Notes: a model not told the origin generated them from the sequence alone. Numbered from the whole stretch's first letter, positions 1-10,100 are shown. The stretch is DNA of 56,793 bases, filler included, from Sandaracinaceae bacterium (GCA_947483975.1; 2 parts of 2 records of this genome joined end to end with filler, not necessarily neighbours in it), one strand, 5' to 3'. A program made the numbers and translations.

Positions 1-242
1 ATCCGCTTGACCGCGGCCTGCACGCCGGCCGTCTGCGGCGCGCTCCGCTCGCTGCTCTGCGCGTGGCGGCGCTTCGACGGCGCGCCCGTCAGCGCGATCG
101 GCGCCCACAGCGGCCAGAGCAGCGTCGTCAGCAGGGCAGGGCCGACCGCCTGCGTCGAGCGCACGCCGCTCGTGCGCACGACAGCGACGGCGCACGCGAC
201 GCCGACGAGCAGGTAGAGCCACGCGACGTCGAGCAGGCTCAT
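1..242 (-). CDS. Hypothetical membrane protein, N-terminal part (runs off window start)
   Basis: ATG at 242-240 overlaps the upstream TGA (ATGA). Reads MSLLDVAWLYLLVGVACAVAV...LLWPLWAPIAL, with two hydrophobic segments, and is open to the window edge. Confidence 0.7.
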   Translation of the reverse strand, partial: MSLLDVAWLYLLVGVACAVAVVRTSGVRSTQAVGPALLTTLLWPLWAPIALTGAPSKRRHAQSSERSAPQTAGVQAAVKR

Positions 243-1051
243 CGCGCGCCTCGCGCGCCCGACCGCGCGCGCCCTGTCGACTCCATGGTCGGCGCCTCGC
301 TGCGGAGGTATCGGTGTCCGTGGTCGTCGACGAGCCACTCCTCTTGCACCGCGTCGTAGATGCCGATGGCCGAGCGCGCGCTCTTGACCACCGCGTCCGC
401 AAAGGAGCCCTCGTTGGCCCGGATGAACGGCACCGTCGCGAGCGTCGGGCGACCGAGGTACGGGCGCAGGATCCACGCGGTCTGTCCGCCGATCGCGAAG
501 AACACAGCGACGAAGGCGAGGGCAGTCGGCAGCTTGCTCGCTCCGCCGTCGAGGCCGCGCAGCAAGATGCTGAGCGCGGCGAGGCCACCGAGCGCGTACG
601 CGAGCGACGCGACGACCGCGGCCGCGTGATACGAGAGGCCCGACGAGACGGCGAGCCAGAGCGCGGGCGCGGCCGCGAGCAGCACGAGCGACGAGCGCCC
701 GGCGGCGCTCAGCGCGAGCGCGACGACGGTGCGCATCGACCACATCCGCCCGAGCGCGGAGGCGAGCACGTAGAACGCCGGCACCGCGATCGCCAGCGTG
801 GCGACGAGCGCGAGCGGCACCTTCGCCGCGCCTGCAAAGACCTGCGCGCCGCCGCGAAACGAGCCGAGCACCCCGCCGAACGCCGCCGCGCCCGCGACCG
901 TGGCTGCGAGCGACGCCGCGGCGAGCGAGGGGAGCCCCTCCTCGCGGTGACAGCGCGCGGCGACCCCCGCCGGATCGCGAAGCAAGAGCGCGATCTCGGC
1001 GGGCAGGGCGCCGAGCCACTCGGGGCTCGAGGCCGTCGTCGCGGTGCTCAC
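239..1051 (-). CDS. Multi-pass membrane protein (Yip1-like, GQxAWxLRP motif)
   Basis: C-terminal 270 aa of ORF 239..2341. GTG start overlaps the TGA of 1048..1779. About 5 TM segments; GGQTAWILRPYLG. Confidence 0.75.
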   Translation of the reverse strand: MSTATTASSPEWLGALPAEIALLLRDPAGVAARCHREEGLPSLAAASLAATVAGAAAFGGVLGSFRGGAQVFAGAAKVPLALVATLAIAVPAFYVLASALGRMWSMRTVVALALSAAGRSSLVLLAAAPALWLAVSSGLSYHAAAVVASLAYALGGLAALSILLRGLDGGASKLPTALAFVAVFFAIGGQTAWILRPYLGRPTLATVPFIRANEGSFADAVVKSARSAIGIYDAVQEEWLVDDHGHRYLRSEAPTMESTGRARSGARGAR

Positions 1052-1779
1052 TGGGCACCTCCGGTCAGCGAGAGCGCGGGTAGCGCGGTCGACCAGAGGC
1101 GCGCCGCGAGCGCGATCGCGAAGAGCCCAAACCCACCCGACACGACGGTGCCGAGCAGACGGGTCGCGCTGTCGGCGTCCGAGAGCGCGCGCCGGAGGCC
1201 CACGAGCAGGCGACCGAGCCCGAGCGCCCCCGCGACGAGCAGTCCGAGCAGCGCGGTGAGCGCCGCGGCCTCCCGCGTGCTGCTCGTGAGCGCGAACAGC
1301 GCCGCCGCAGGCGCGAGCCCTGCGAGCACGAGGCCGGTCGTCGCCGTCGCGCGCGAGGTGACGGCCGCGAGGCGCAGCCCGTCGACGGGCGCGTTCATCA
1401 GGGCGAGCACGATCGCGAAGGACGGCACGCCGAGCGCGCCGACCGCGAGCATCGCGGAGGGCGCGCCGAGCGCGTTGTCGAGGAGCGCCCTGCCGCCTTC
1501 TCTCGCGCCGATCGCCAGGCCGTAGATCGACGCGAGGCCGAGCCCGCCGGCGAAGCGCGCCAGCTCGCGGACGAGGGACGGTGGGCGGGCCGGGTCGTCC
1601 GCGCCGACGAGGCGCGCGCCGAGCGTCAGAGGCTCCGGCGAGCCTTCTTCCGGGCGGGGGGGCGTCGCGTCGCTCGGGAGTGGCTCGGACGCCTCCGACG
1701 AGTTCGTGGGCGTGCCAGGGATGGGCGCGGCGTCTTGCAGTTCGTGACCGTGGGCGAGAGCGTGCATCGGAACCTCCAT
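1048..1779 (-). CDS. Multi-pass membrane protein, likely distant paralog of 239..1051
   Basis: Acidic/Pro-rich N-terminus followed by about 5 TM helices with a similar layout (VPSFAIV vs VPAFYVL; LAGLAPAAAL vs LLAAAPALWL). Start could be 1779 or 1767. Confidence 0.75.
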   Translation of the reverse strand: MEVPMHALAHGHELQDAAPIPGTPTNSSEASEPLPSDATPPRPEEGSPEPLTLGARLVGADDPARPPSLVRELARFAGGLGLASIYGLAIGAREGGRALLDNALGAPSAMLAVGALGVPSFAIVLALMNAPVDGLRLAAVTSRATATTGLVLAGLAPAAALFALTSSTREAAALTALLGLLVAGALGLGRLLVGLRRALSDADSATRLLGTVVSGGFGLFAIALAARLWSTALPALSLTGGAQ

Positions 1780-1825
1780 GTCGATGGGGATACCGGTGCC
1801 GCGAGGCGGCCAGCCGTCGCTCCGC

Positions 1826-1847
1826 GGGAGGCTTCGGGGAGGCTTCG
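1826..1847. promoter_or_regulatory. Perfect 11-bp tandem direct repeat (GGGAGGCTTCG x2), candidate winged-helix regulator site
   Basis: Copies at 1826-1836 and 1837-1847, about 50-70 bp upstream of the membrane-protein operon; helical-turn spacing. Confidence 0.45.
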
Positions 1848-1886
1848 TGGCGATCGTGTGGCGGCGCGGCCTCCGCGCGCGGCGAC

Positions 1887-1928
1887 GGAAAAGAGAAGGG
1901 CGGCAAACCTCTCGGTCTACCGCCCTCC
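1887..1928 (-). terminator. Rho-independent terminator
   Basis: Minus strand GGAGGGCGGTAGACC-GAGA-GGTTTGCCGCCCTTC followed by TCTTTT, about 45 nt after the stop of 1974..2678. Confidence 0.7.
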
Positions 1929-1973
1929 GTCGACACGCACCTCGCGCCGTTCAGCGCGTCGTGCGCGAGCGCG

Positions 1974-2678
1974 TCACTGACACTCGGGCGGCAGCGGGAT
2001 GCCCCCGCCAGCCGCCGTGAAGGCCTGCAGCTGCGCCGCGCAGACCGTCTCGAGCATCGCGCCCATCGCTTGTGAGCGCGCAGAGGCCATCTGCGTGCAC
2101 GTGGTCGTCGCCTGCTCCGAGCCGAGGCCGCGCGCGACGTAGAACGCCGGGCAGCAGCGATCGACCTTCGCGCAGGTGTCACTGCCGCCCGAAGGCGCCA
2201 CCGCGCCGCCCGAGCCAGCCGAGTCGGTGCTCGGCGGCACGACGCCGAAGGTGCCGCCGTTCGGCTGGTAGCCCTGCAACGCAGCGGCCGCCTCGGCCAT
2301 CTTCTCCTCGCCCTTCTTCTTCGCGTACCAGAGTCCGCCACCGCCGCAGATGCACGAGAAAAACAGCAGCGCGAGGCAGCCGATGCCGACGTACATCATC
2401 GTGTTGCTCTTCTTCGGCGGAGGCGCGCCCATCGGCGGTCCGTACCCACCCTGCTGCGGGCCACCCGGCGGCGGTCCGAAGCCACCCTGCGGCTGACCTC
2501 CGGGCGGCGGTCCGAAGCCACCCGGCGGCTGTCCACCCTGCGGCGGCCCACCGTAGCCACCGCCACCCGGCGGCGGTCCGAACCCACCGCCACCCGGCGG
2601 CGGTCCGAACCCACCGCCACCTGGAGGCGGTGAACCGAAGCCACTCGCCTGCATCTCCGTACCGGTCTGGGATTCCAT
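1974..2678 (-). CDS. Pro/Gly-rich single-pass membrane protein with 6-Cys C-terminal domain
   Basis: From MESQTGTEMQ: GGFGPPPGG repeats, TM KKSNTMMYVGIGCLALLFFSCICGGG, then C-x5-CC...PPEC. Confidence 0.8.
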   Translation of the reverse strand: MESQTGTEMQASGFGSPPPGGGGFGPPPGGGGFGPPPGGGGYGGPPQGGQPPGGFGPPPGGQPQGGFGPPPGGPQQGGYGPPMGAPPPKKSNTMMYVGIGCLALLFFSCICGGGGLWYAKKKGEEKMAEAAAALQGYQPNGGTFGVVPPSTDSAGSGGAVAPSGGSDTCAKVDRCCPAFYVARGLGSEQATTTCTQMASARSQAMGAMLETVCAAQLQAFTAAGGGIPLPPECQ

Positions 2679-2802
2679 CGTCAGTCGTCTTTCCCGGTGA
2701 GCGCAAGGGCTCAGCCGATCACGTTTTTCGTCCCCAAGAAATACGAGGCGACAGGCCTGTGCGGCCGGTCGCCTCGCGGCTACGCGGACTCTCGCGGCAG
2801 CG

Positions 2803-3954
2803 TCAGTTGCATGCTGCGGGAGCGCCGCCGGCGATGGCGGCACCCGCTTGAACGAAGCCCTGGAGGGCCGCGCCGCACGCAGTGTCTGAGAATGGAGTGC
2901 CGTCCGCCGGGAGCGACGCGCACGCCTGGGCCCCCTGGCCCGAGTATGGCGGCTGCGAGTAGACCGCCTCGCAACAGGCCTTGGCCTTGGCGCAGGCGCC
3001 ACCCGCGGCAGCGCCAGCCGCGCCAGTGTCGGACACGGCCATGCCGGCTGCTGCCAAAGCCTGCTTCGCCCTGTACATGCCCCACACCGTGTAGCCTCCG
3101 CCACAGAGGCACGAGAGGAGGACGAATACGAGGCAGCCGATGCCCACGTATTTCAGCGTGCTGCTCTTCTTCGGCGCCGGTGCCCCCGGATCACCCTGCG
3201 CGCCGCCGAATCCGCCGCCCTGCGCCGGAGGCGCACCGAAGCCGCCACCCTGTGCCGGAGGAGGCGCACCGAAGCCGCCACCCTGCGCCGGAGGAGGCGC
3301 ACCGAATCCGCCGCCCTGCGCCGGAGGAGGCGCACCGAAGCCGCCACCCTGCGCGGGAGGAGGCGCACCGAAGCCGCCACCCTGCGCCGGAGGAGGCGCA
3401 CCGAAGCCGCCGCCCTGCGCGGGAGGAGGCGCGCCGAAGCCGCCGCCCTGCGCGGGAGGAGGCGCACCGAAGCCGCCACCCTGCGCGGGAGGAGGCGCAC
3501 CGAATCCGCCGCCCTGCGCGGGAGGAGGCGCGCCGAAGCCGCCACCCTGAGCCGGAGGAGGCGCGCCGAAGCCGCCACCCTGAGCCGGAGGAGGCGCGCC
3601 GAAGCCGCCACCCTGAGCCGGAGGAGGCGCGCCGAAGCCGCCACCCTGAGCCGGGGGACCCGCGGGCGCTGCGCCCGGCGGAGGCGTCATCGGCCCGAGC
3701 ATCGTCGCTTGGAAGGCCATGTTCTGCTTCGCCTCGGGCGGCGGTGCTGCCGGGGGAGGCGCTGCCGCCGGAGGCGGCAATCCACCGCCCATGCCCTGCG
3801 GCTTCGGCGGCTGCACCCCAGACATCATCATCGTGCCCTTGAACTTCGAGGCAGCGACCTTGGGGCTGGCAGCTTTGAGTTCAGTGCCGCACGCGGCGCA
3901 TGCGGACGCTTCGTCGGTGTTCGGCTTTCCGCAGTTCGGACAGAAGACGGTCAC
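2803..3954 (-). CDS. Zinc-ribbon, Pro/Gly-repeat single-pass membrane protein with 6-Cys C-terminal domain
   Basis: N-terminal CPNCG..CAACG zinc ribbon, [11 protein letters not shown] repeats, [28 protein letters not shown], then C-x5-CC...PAAC. GGAGG SD upstream. Confidence 0.85.
   Translation of the reverse strand: MTVFCPNCGKPNTDEASACAACGTELKAASPKVAASKFKGTMMMSGVQPPKPQGMGGGLPPPAAAPPPAAPPPEAKQNMAFQATMLGPMTPPPGAAPAGPPAQGGGFGAPPPAQGGGFGAPPPAQGGGFGAPPPAQGGGFGAPPPAQGGGFGAPPPAQGGGFGAPPPAQGGGFGAPPPAQGGGFGAPPPAQGGGFGAPPPAQGGGFGAPPPAQGGGFGAPPPAQGGGFGAPPPAQGGGFGAPPAQGGGFGGAQGDPGAPAPKKSSTLKYVGIGCLVFVLLSCLCGGGYTVWGMYRAKQALAAAGMAVSDTGAAGAAAGGACAKAKACCEAVYSQPPYSGQGAQACASLPADGTPFSDTACGAALQGFVQAGAAIAGGAPAACN
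3196..3655 (-). repeat. Coding 33-bp tandem repeat ([11 protein letters not shown], about 12 exact protein copies plus 2 degenerate)
   Basis: Visible in DNA and protein; the units differ mostly at synonymous sites. Confidence 0.95.
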
Positions 3955-4222
3955 GGGAATCCCTCCGCCGTCGCGCGTGAGCGGTCACGCCACGCCGCTA
4001 CGGCACGTTCGTGCGTCCACATCAGGTGCAGAGACTCCCCCTCCGCGGACGAACGGGCCGCACCGTAGCGGAGAAGCCATCTCGAGGGAAGGGCGATTCA
4101 GACTAGCGGGGAAAACACCTCGGCGGTGGGGGGCGGCGCGGCTCGCAGCGTCCAGGTGCCGCCCGAGCGGGCCTCGCTTTTCGACGACGGTTCGCCCGCC
4201 CCTCGCGCTTCCCCGTTCGCGC

Positions 4223-4251
4223 TTGACATCGGACGGGGCGCGGCCTAGCGT
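4223..4251 (+). promoter_or_regulatory. Sigma70-type promoter of the nuoE operon
   Basis: TTGACA (4223-4228), 17-bp spacer, TAGCGT (4246-4251), about 86 nt before the nuoE ATG. Confidence 0.7.
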
Positions 4252-4337
4252 CCCGCCGCCCGCCCCGCTCCACGCGCGGAATACGCTGCAATTCAGCGTT
4301 CCGCGGGTTCGAGCGTGCGTGACGCGGGCACCCCGCC

Positions 4338-4868
4338 ATGCCGTTCCAGCTCACACCCGAACGCGACAAACACGCCGACGAACTCTTCACACGCTACCCG
4401 ACCAAGCGGGCCGTGTGTATTCCGCTGCTCCACCTCTGCCAAGAGCAGAACGGTTGGGTCAGCGACGACGTCATCGAGTACGTGGCAACGCGTCTCGGTC
4501 TCTCCACCGCACAGGTGAAGGGCGTCGTCACTTTCTACACGATGTTCCATCAGCGCCCCGTGGCGCCGAACGTCGTGTGGGTCTGCCGCACGCTCTCCTG
4601 TGAGATCCGCGGCGGCAAGACCATCCAGGAGCACCTCGAGAAGCGCCTGGGCTGCCACGCCGGCGAGACGAGCGCCGACGGCAAGTTCTCGCTGCGCAAG
4701 GCGGAGTGTCTCGCGGGCTGCGGCCAAGCGCCGATGCTCCAGCTCAACGACGAGCTCTACGAGAACCTCACCCTCGCCGAGGTCGATCGCATCATCGACG
4801 CCGTCGCGGCCAAGACTCCCACCCAAGCAGCCCCGGCTGCGTCGCACGCCGCTGCGGCGAAGGAGTGA
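4338..4868 (+). CDS. nuoE: NADH-quinone oxidoreductase subunit E (2Fe-2S N1a)
   Basis: VVTFYTMF, CRTLSC and ECLAGCGQAPM motifs. Confidence 0.95.
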   Translation: MPFQLTPERDKHADELFTRYPTKRAVCIPLLHLCQEQNGWVSDDVIEYVATRLGLSTAQVKGVVTFYTMFHQRPVAPNVVWVCRTLSCEIRGGKTIQEHLEKRLGCHAGETSADGKFSLRKAECLAGCGQAPMLQLNDELYENLTLAEVDRIIDAVAAKTPTQAAPAASHAAAAKE

Positions 4869-4873
4869 CCGCC

Positions 4874-6259
4874 ATGTCCACCATCGACACGACGTGCTTG
4901 CTCACCGACCGCTACGCCCTCGCGGACAGTTTCACCTATGCCGTCGCCGAGAAGGCGGGCGCTTACGCCACGGCGCGCAAGGTCCTGACCGGTATGCAGC
5001 CGGACGCGATCAAGGCCGAGGTGAAGGCCGCCAACATCCGCGGACGCGGCGGCGCGGGCTTCCCCGCCGGCGTGAAGTGGGGCTTCCTTCCGCCTCCCGA
5101 CCCCAACAAGCCGGTGTACCTCGTCATCAACGCCGATGAGGGCGAGCCGGGCACGTTCAAAGACCGCACGATCATGGAGAAGGACCCGCATCGCCTGCTC
5201 GAGGGATGCATCATCGCCATGCGCGCGATCGGCGCCCACACGACGTACATCTACGTCCGCGGCGAGCTCGTCACCTCGATCAAGCGTCTCGAGCAGGGGA
5301 TTCGCGATCTCCGCGCGAAGGGCGTGCTCGGCAAGCGCCCGTTCGGCATCGACCACGCGATGGACATCCACGTCCATCCGGGCGGCGGCGCGTACATCTG
5401 CGGCGAGGAGACCTCGCTCCTCAACTCGCTCGAGGGCTACCGCGGCGAGCCGCGCCTCAAGCCCCCGTTCCCTGCCGTCTCGGGTGCCTTCGGCATGCCG
5501 ACGATCGTCAACAACGTCGAGACGATCGCCTCGGTGCCCGACATCCTGAAGCTCGGCGGCGCCGCTTGGTCTGCGCTCTCGCGCCTGCCGAACGACGGCG
5601 GCACTCGCCTCTACGGCGTGTCCGGTCACGTCAAGAACCCGCACGTCTTCGAGGGGCCCGTCGGCCTCACCCTCCGCGAGATGATCGATCTCTGTGGCGG
5701 GATGCTCGACGCGAGCCGTCCGCTCAAGGGCGTCATCCCCGGCGGCTCGTCGACTCCGGTGCTGCGCCCCGACGACCTCGTCCACGCCCCCGACGCCGCG
5801 CACCCGCTCCACGCTTGGCATGGCAAGTCGCACCTCGACGTCCCGATGGGCGTCGACACGATGCGCAACCTCGGCACGATGCTCGGCACCTGCTGCGCCA
5901 TCGTGATGGACTCGTCGGTCAACATGGTGGAAGCCGCGCGCAACCTGATGCGCTTCTACCATCATGAGTCCTGCGGCCAGTGCACCCCTTGTCGTGAGGG
6001 CACCGGCTGGCTCGCCGAGATCTGCGATCGCATCGCGGACGGTCACGCGACGGAAGCCGACGTGGAGCTCCTCGTCGACGTCTCGAACAACATGATGGGC
6101 AACACGATCTGCGCGCTGGCCGACGGTACGGCGATGCCGATGCTCGCCTTCGTCCGGAAGTTCCGCGGCGAGTTCCTCGCGGCGGCGCGCGAAGGCGGCG
6201 TCAAGAACGGGCGCCTCGATCAAGCGGTCGTACCTCTACTTGGCGGGAGGGCAGCGTGA
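4874..6259 (+). CDS. nuoF: NADH-quinone oxidoreductase subunit F (FMN, N3)
   Basis: RGRGGAGFP, NADEGEPGTFKDR, YICGEETSL, CGQCTPCREG and NTIC motifs; AGGAG SD before the ATG at 4874. Confidence 0.97.
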   Translation: MSTIDTTCLLTDRYALADSFTYAVAEKAGAYATARKVLTGMQPDAIKAEVKAANIRGRGGAGFPAGVKWGFLPPPDPNKPVYLVINADEGEPGTFKDRTIMEKDPHRLLEGCIIAMRAIGAHTTYIYVRGELVTSIKRLEQGIRDLRAKGVLGKRPFGIDHAMDIHVHPGGGAYICGEETSLLNSLEGYRGEPRLKPPFPAVSGAFGMPTIVNNVETIASVPDILKLGGAAWSALSRLPNDGGTRLYGVSGHVKNPHVFEGPVGLTLREMIDLCGGMLDASRPLKGVIPGGSSTPVLRPDDLVHAPDAAHPLHAWHGKSHLDVPMGVDTMRNLGTMLGTCCAIVMDSSVNMVEAARNLMRFYHHESCGQCTPCREGTGWLAEICDRIADGHATEADVELLVDVSNNMMGNTICALADGTAMPMLAFVRKFRGEFLAAAREGGVKNGRLDQAVVPLLGGRAA

Positions 6260-6843
6260 GCGGAGCCGGCGCATACGTTTTCTGGTTCGCGGCGTTCCTC
6301 GCCGTGCTGACCGCGGTGGGGACCGTGGCGATGCGGAGCGCGATCCGCGCGTCCGTCGCGCTGCTGTTCCACATCATCTCGCTGGCGGGGCTCTTCCTCG
6401 TGCTGCACGCGCAGCTGCTCGCGGCGATGCAGCTGATCGTCTACGCGGGCGCGGTCGTCGTGCTCTTCCTCTTCGTGATCATGGTGCTCGGGCCGACGCC
6501 CGATCGCAGCGCTGACCAGCGCGGGCTCCTGATTCGAGCCGCCGCGGGTGGGCTGATGGCGCTCGTCATGGGCGCCATCTCGTTCGCGCTGATCTCGTTC
6601 GCGCCTCCGATGCTCCCGGGCGTCACCGCTTGTCCTCCGGGCGCAGGCGCGGAGTGCGGGCAGTTCGGCGGCGTCGAGGCGCTCGGCGGCGTGCTCTACG
6701 GCTCGGCGGCGCTGCCCTTCGAGCTCGTGTCGGTGCTCCTCCTCGTCGCGGTGTTGGGCGCGATGGCGGTGGCCCGCGGGCACTCGTCCGAGGACCGCGA
6801 AGCACTCAAGGCCAAGAAGCTCGCGCAAGCGGGCGAGAAGTGA
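6256..6843 (+). CDS. nuoJ: NADH-quinone oxidoreductase subunit J
   Basis: QLIVYAGAVVVLFLFVIM and PFELVSVLLL; GTGA overlap with nuoF. Confidence 0.93.
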   Translation: MSGAGAYVFWFAAFLAVLTAVGTVAMRSAIRASVALLFHIISLAGLFLVLHAQLLAAMQLIVYAGAVVVLFLFVIMVLGPTPDRSADQRGLLIRAAAGGLMALVMGAISFALISFAPPMLPGVTACPPGAGAECGQFGGVEALGGVLYGSAALPFELVSVLLLVAVLGAMAVARGHSSEDREALKAKKLAQAGEK

Positions 6844-6856
6844 AGGCACGGAACTG

Positions 6857-7165
6857 ATGGAACTCGGTCTCGGACACTTCATCGGTCTCGCGTCGCTCCT
6901 CTTCGGGATCGGCGCGGTCGGCTTCCTCGTGCGGCGCAACCTGCTCATCCAGCTGATGAGCATCGAGCTGATGCTCAACGCCGTGAACCTCACGCTCATC
7001 GCCATCAATCGATGGATGCCGGGCAACCACGCGGGGCAGGTCTTCGCGTTCTTCAACATCGCCATCGCAGCAGCCGGCGCCGCCGTCGGCCTCGCGATCG
7101 TCATCAGCGTCTTTCGCCTGAAGAAGTCGGTTCAGAGCGATTCGGTCGACCTGCTGAAGCACTGA
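6857..7165 (+). CDS. nuoK: NADH-quinone oxidoreductase subunit K
   Basis: RRNLLIQLMSIELMLNAVNL; 3 TM; position in operon. Confidence 0.95.
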   Translation: MELGLGHFIGLASLLFGIGAVGFLVRRNLLIQLMSIELMLNAVNLTLIAINRWMPGNHAGQVFAFFNIAIAAAGAAVGLAIVISVFRLKKSVQSDSVDLLKH

Positions 7166-7177
7166 GAGAGACTGACA

Positions 7178-10100
7178 GTGTTTGATCAAAACATGGACCT
7201 CGCCTTCGGCTGGGACTTCGGTCGCGCGCTGATCTGGATCGTGCTGCTCCCGCTCTTCGGGGCCCTCGTCAACGGCATCAGCGGACGCTGGGCGTCGCGC
7301 TCCCTCGTGCGCGCCATCGCGGTCGGCTCGGTCGCCGGCTCCTTCCTGCTCGCGCTCGCGTGCTTCGTGAAGCTCGTGATGCTCTCGGGGCACGGAGAGG
7401 GCGCCGAGGGGACGAACAAGATCGTCAACGTCGTCTACGACTGGTTCAGCGTCCGCGTCGGCGACGCGGTGATCCCGGTGCGCGTGGCGCTCCTGATGGA
7501 TCATCTGAGCGGCGTGATGACGCTGGTGGTGACGGGCATCGGCCTGCTCATCCACCTCTACGCCAGCTCGTACATGGAGGACGACCCCTCGTACGCGCGC
7601 TTCTTCACGTACCTGAACCTCTTCACGGCGAGCATGCTCATCCTCGTCCTCGCCTCGAACATGCCGCTCATGTTCGTCGGCTGGGAGGGCGTCGGCCTCT
7701 GTTCCTACCTGCTGATCGGCTTCTGGTGGGAGAACCCGACCTACGCCGCTGCCGGTAAGAAGGCGTTCATCGTCAACCGCATCGGTGACTTCGGTGTGCT
7801 GATCGGGATGTTGCTCCTCGTCGGCACGACGATGTCGTTCGAGTTCTCCGACATCAACGCCAACGCGACGAGCCTCCTCATCCCGCTGCGCCTCGACCAG
7901 ACGCACTCGATCGCGTGGCTCACGACCGCGACCGCCGCGTGCCTCTTCCTGTTCCTCGGCTGCTCCGGCAAGAGCGCGCAGCTTCCGCTCTACGTCTGGC
8001 TGCCTGACGCGATGGCTGGCCCCACGCCCGTCTCGGCGCTCATCCACGCGGCGACGATGGTGACGGCGGGCATCTACCTCGTCGCGCGCCTCTCCAACGT
8101 GTTCCTCCAGTCTCCGACGGCGATGGCGGTTATCGCGATCGTCGGCGCGTCGACGGCGCTCTTCGCGGCGTCCATCGCGCTCGTGCAGAACCAGATGAAG
8201 AAGATCCTGGCGTACTCCACCGTGAGTCAGCTCGGCTTCATGTTCGCGGGCGTCGGCGTCGGCGCGTTCGGCGGCGGCTTCTTCCACGTCTTCACGCACG
8301 CCTTCTTCAAGGCCTGTTTGTTCCTCGGCGCTGGCTCGGTGATGCACGCGGTGCACGCGCACGGCGACGCGGACCTGCGTGAGCTCGGCGGCATGAAGAA
8401 GTTCATGCCGGTCACGCGCTGGACGTTCCTGCTGAGCTGCTTCGCGATCGCGGGCTTCCCGCTGACGAGCGGCTTCTTCTCGAAGGACGACATCCTCCTC
8501 GGCGCGGCCTACATGGGCACCGGCCCCTGGGCGGCGTACCCGAGCTGGGTCGGCTGGGTCGTCTTCGCGATGCTCGCCATCGCGGCGTTCATGACCGCGT
8601 TCTATATGTTCCGCCTCTACATCCTCGCGTTCGAGGGTGAGTTCCGTGGCGGACCGAAGCACGGCGACGGGCACGACGCGCACGGCGACGACGCGCACGC
8701 TCACGCGCACGCGGATCCGCACGAGTCGCCCTGGGCGATGACCCTCCCGCTCGTCGTGCTCGCGTTCGGCGCGGTCACGGTCGGCTTCCTCGGCCTCCCG
8801 CACTGGCTCGGCCTCCCGAACGTCTGGGAGCATTGGCTCGAGCCGTCGCTCGCCGCGCTCCCGGTCACGGAAGGCGCGCATGTCTCGCTCGCCATCGGCG
8901 CCACCGCGATGGGCGTCGGTACCCTCGCTGGCCTCGGCGGCATCGGCCTCGCGTACCTCTGGTACATCAAGGAAAACGGCACCACGCCAGCGCGCATCGC
9001 GGCGTCCGTGCCGCGCCTGCACGCGCTGCTCATGGACAAGTGGCGCGTCGACGAATTCTACGGCGCGGCGCTGCTCCGCCCGATGGCTTGGCTGGCTCGC
9101 TTCGCCGCGAACTTCGACAAGCTGCTCGTCGATGGGCTGATCGCCAAGGCGACGTCCTCGCTCACGCTCCTCGGCGGCTGGGTCGTCACCCGCGCGCAGA
9201 CCGGCGTCGTCTACACCTACAGCGCGTTCATGGTCGTCGGTCTCGCCGGGGTGGCGTGGTGGTATCTCGTGCCCCACACCGGCCTCGAGTACGCAGTGCG
9301 CGGCACGCAGGTGAAGCTGCAGGCGGCGGCGGGGCTCGGCTACGAGTACCGCTTCGACGTGAACTCGGACGGCGAGTTCGAGACCGAGTGGTCTACGGAG
9401 CGAACGATCGAAGGCAGCTACGAGCCGAAGGACTTCGTCGGCGGCGCGATCGTCGTGGCGACGATGCGCCCAGGCACCCGCGAGCGCGAGCAGCTCCTCG
9501 AGGGCGGGCATGTGCTCGCGTTCGCGGCCGCAGATCTCGGCCCCGAGTGGCAAGCCGTCGCGCCCCCTGCCGCCAACGCGCCGCCCGGAACGCCGGGCAC
9601 GTCGGACGACACCCTGCCAGGCATGAGCTGGAGCCTTCCCGTGCGCGACATCTTCCTGCCGTACGCCCCGCGCGGAGGCGAGGCGCACTCGGCGACGCTC
9701 GAGCAAGCGCACGGCCTCCTCGAGCGGATTGTCGGGGGCGAGAGCGCGATCGACATCGCTCGGGCGCGCGCCACCAACGACGAGCAGCGGACCAAGGTCG
9801 GTCTCGTCGCAAACGAGGATGGCGTCGACGGGCACGTGAAGCTCGCCGATGGGACCGAGGTGACCTTCGAGGCCGGCGCCCACACCGCGCTCGTCGAGAC
9901 TTCGCGCGGCGTGCACGTCGTCGCGCTCGACCCGGGAGAGCTTGCGCTCCGACCCAACGGCGCGCGCGTGCGCGTCCGCGGCGCTGACGTCACGCAGGAG
10001 ACGCACCTTCGCCCGGGCGAGATCGCTCAGGTTGGCAATGCGCTCGTGCGCGTCGCTGCGGTCGTCCGCGGGACCGTCGAAGTGCGCAACGCCTTCGGTT

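Noticed and set aside
8655..8730. His-rich loop in NuoL as a novel metal site
   Set aside because: His-rich loops before the PHESP motif are common in NuoL.
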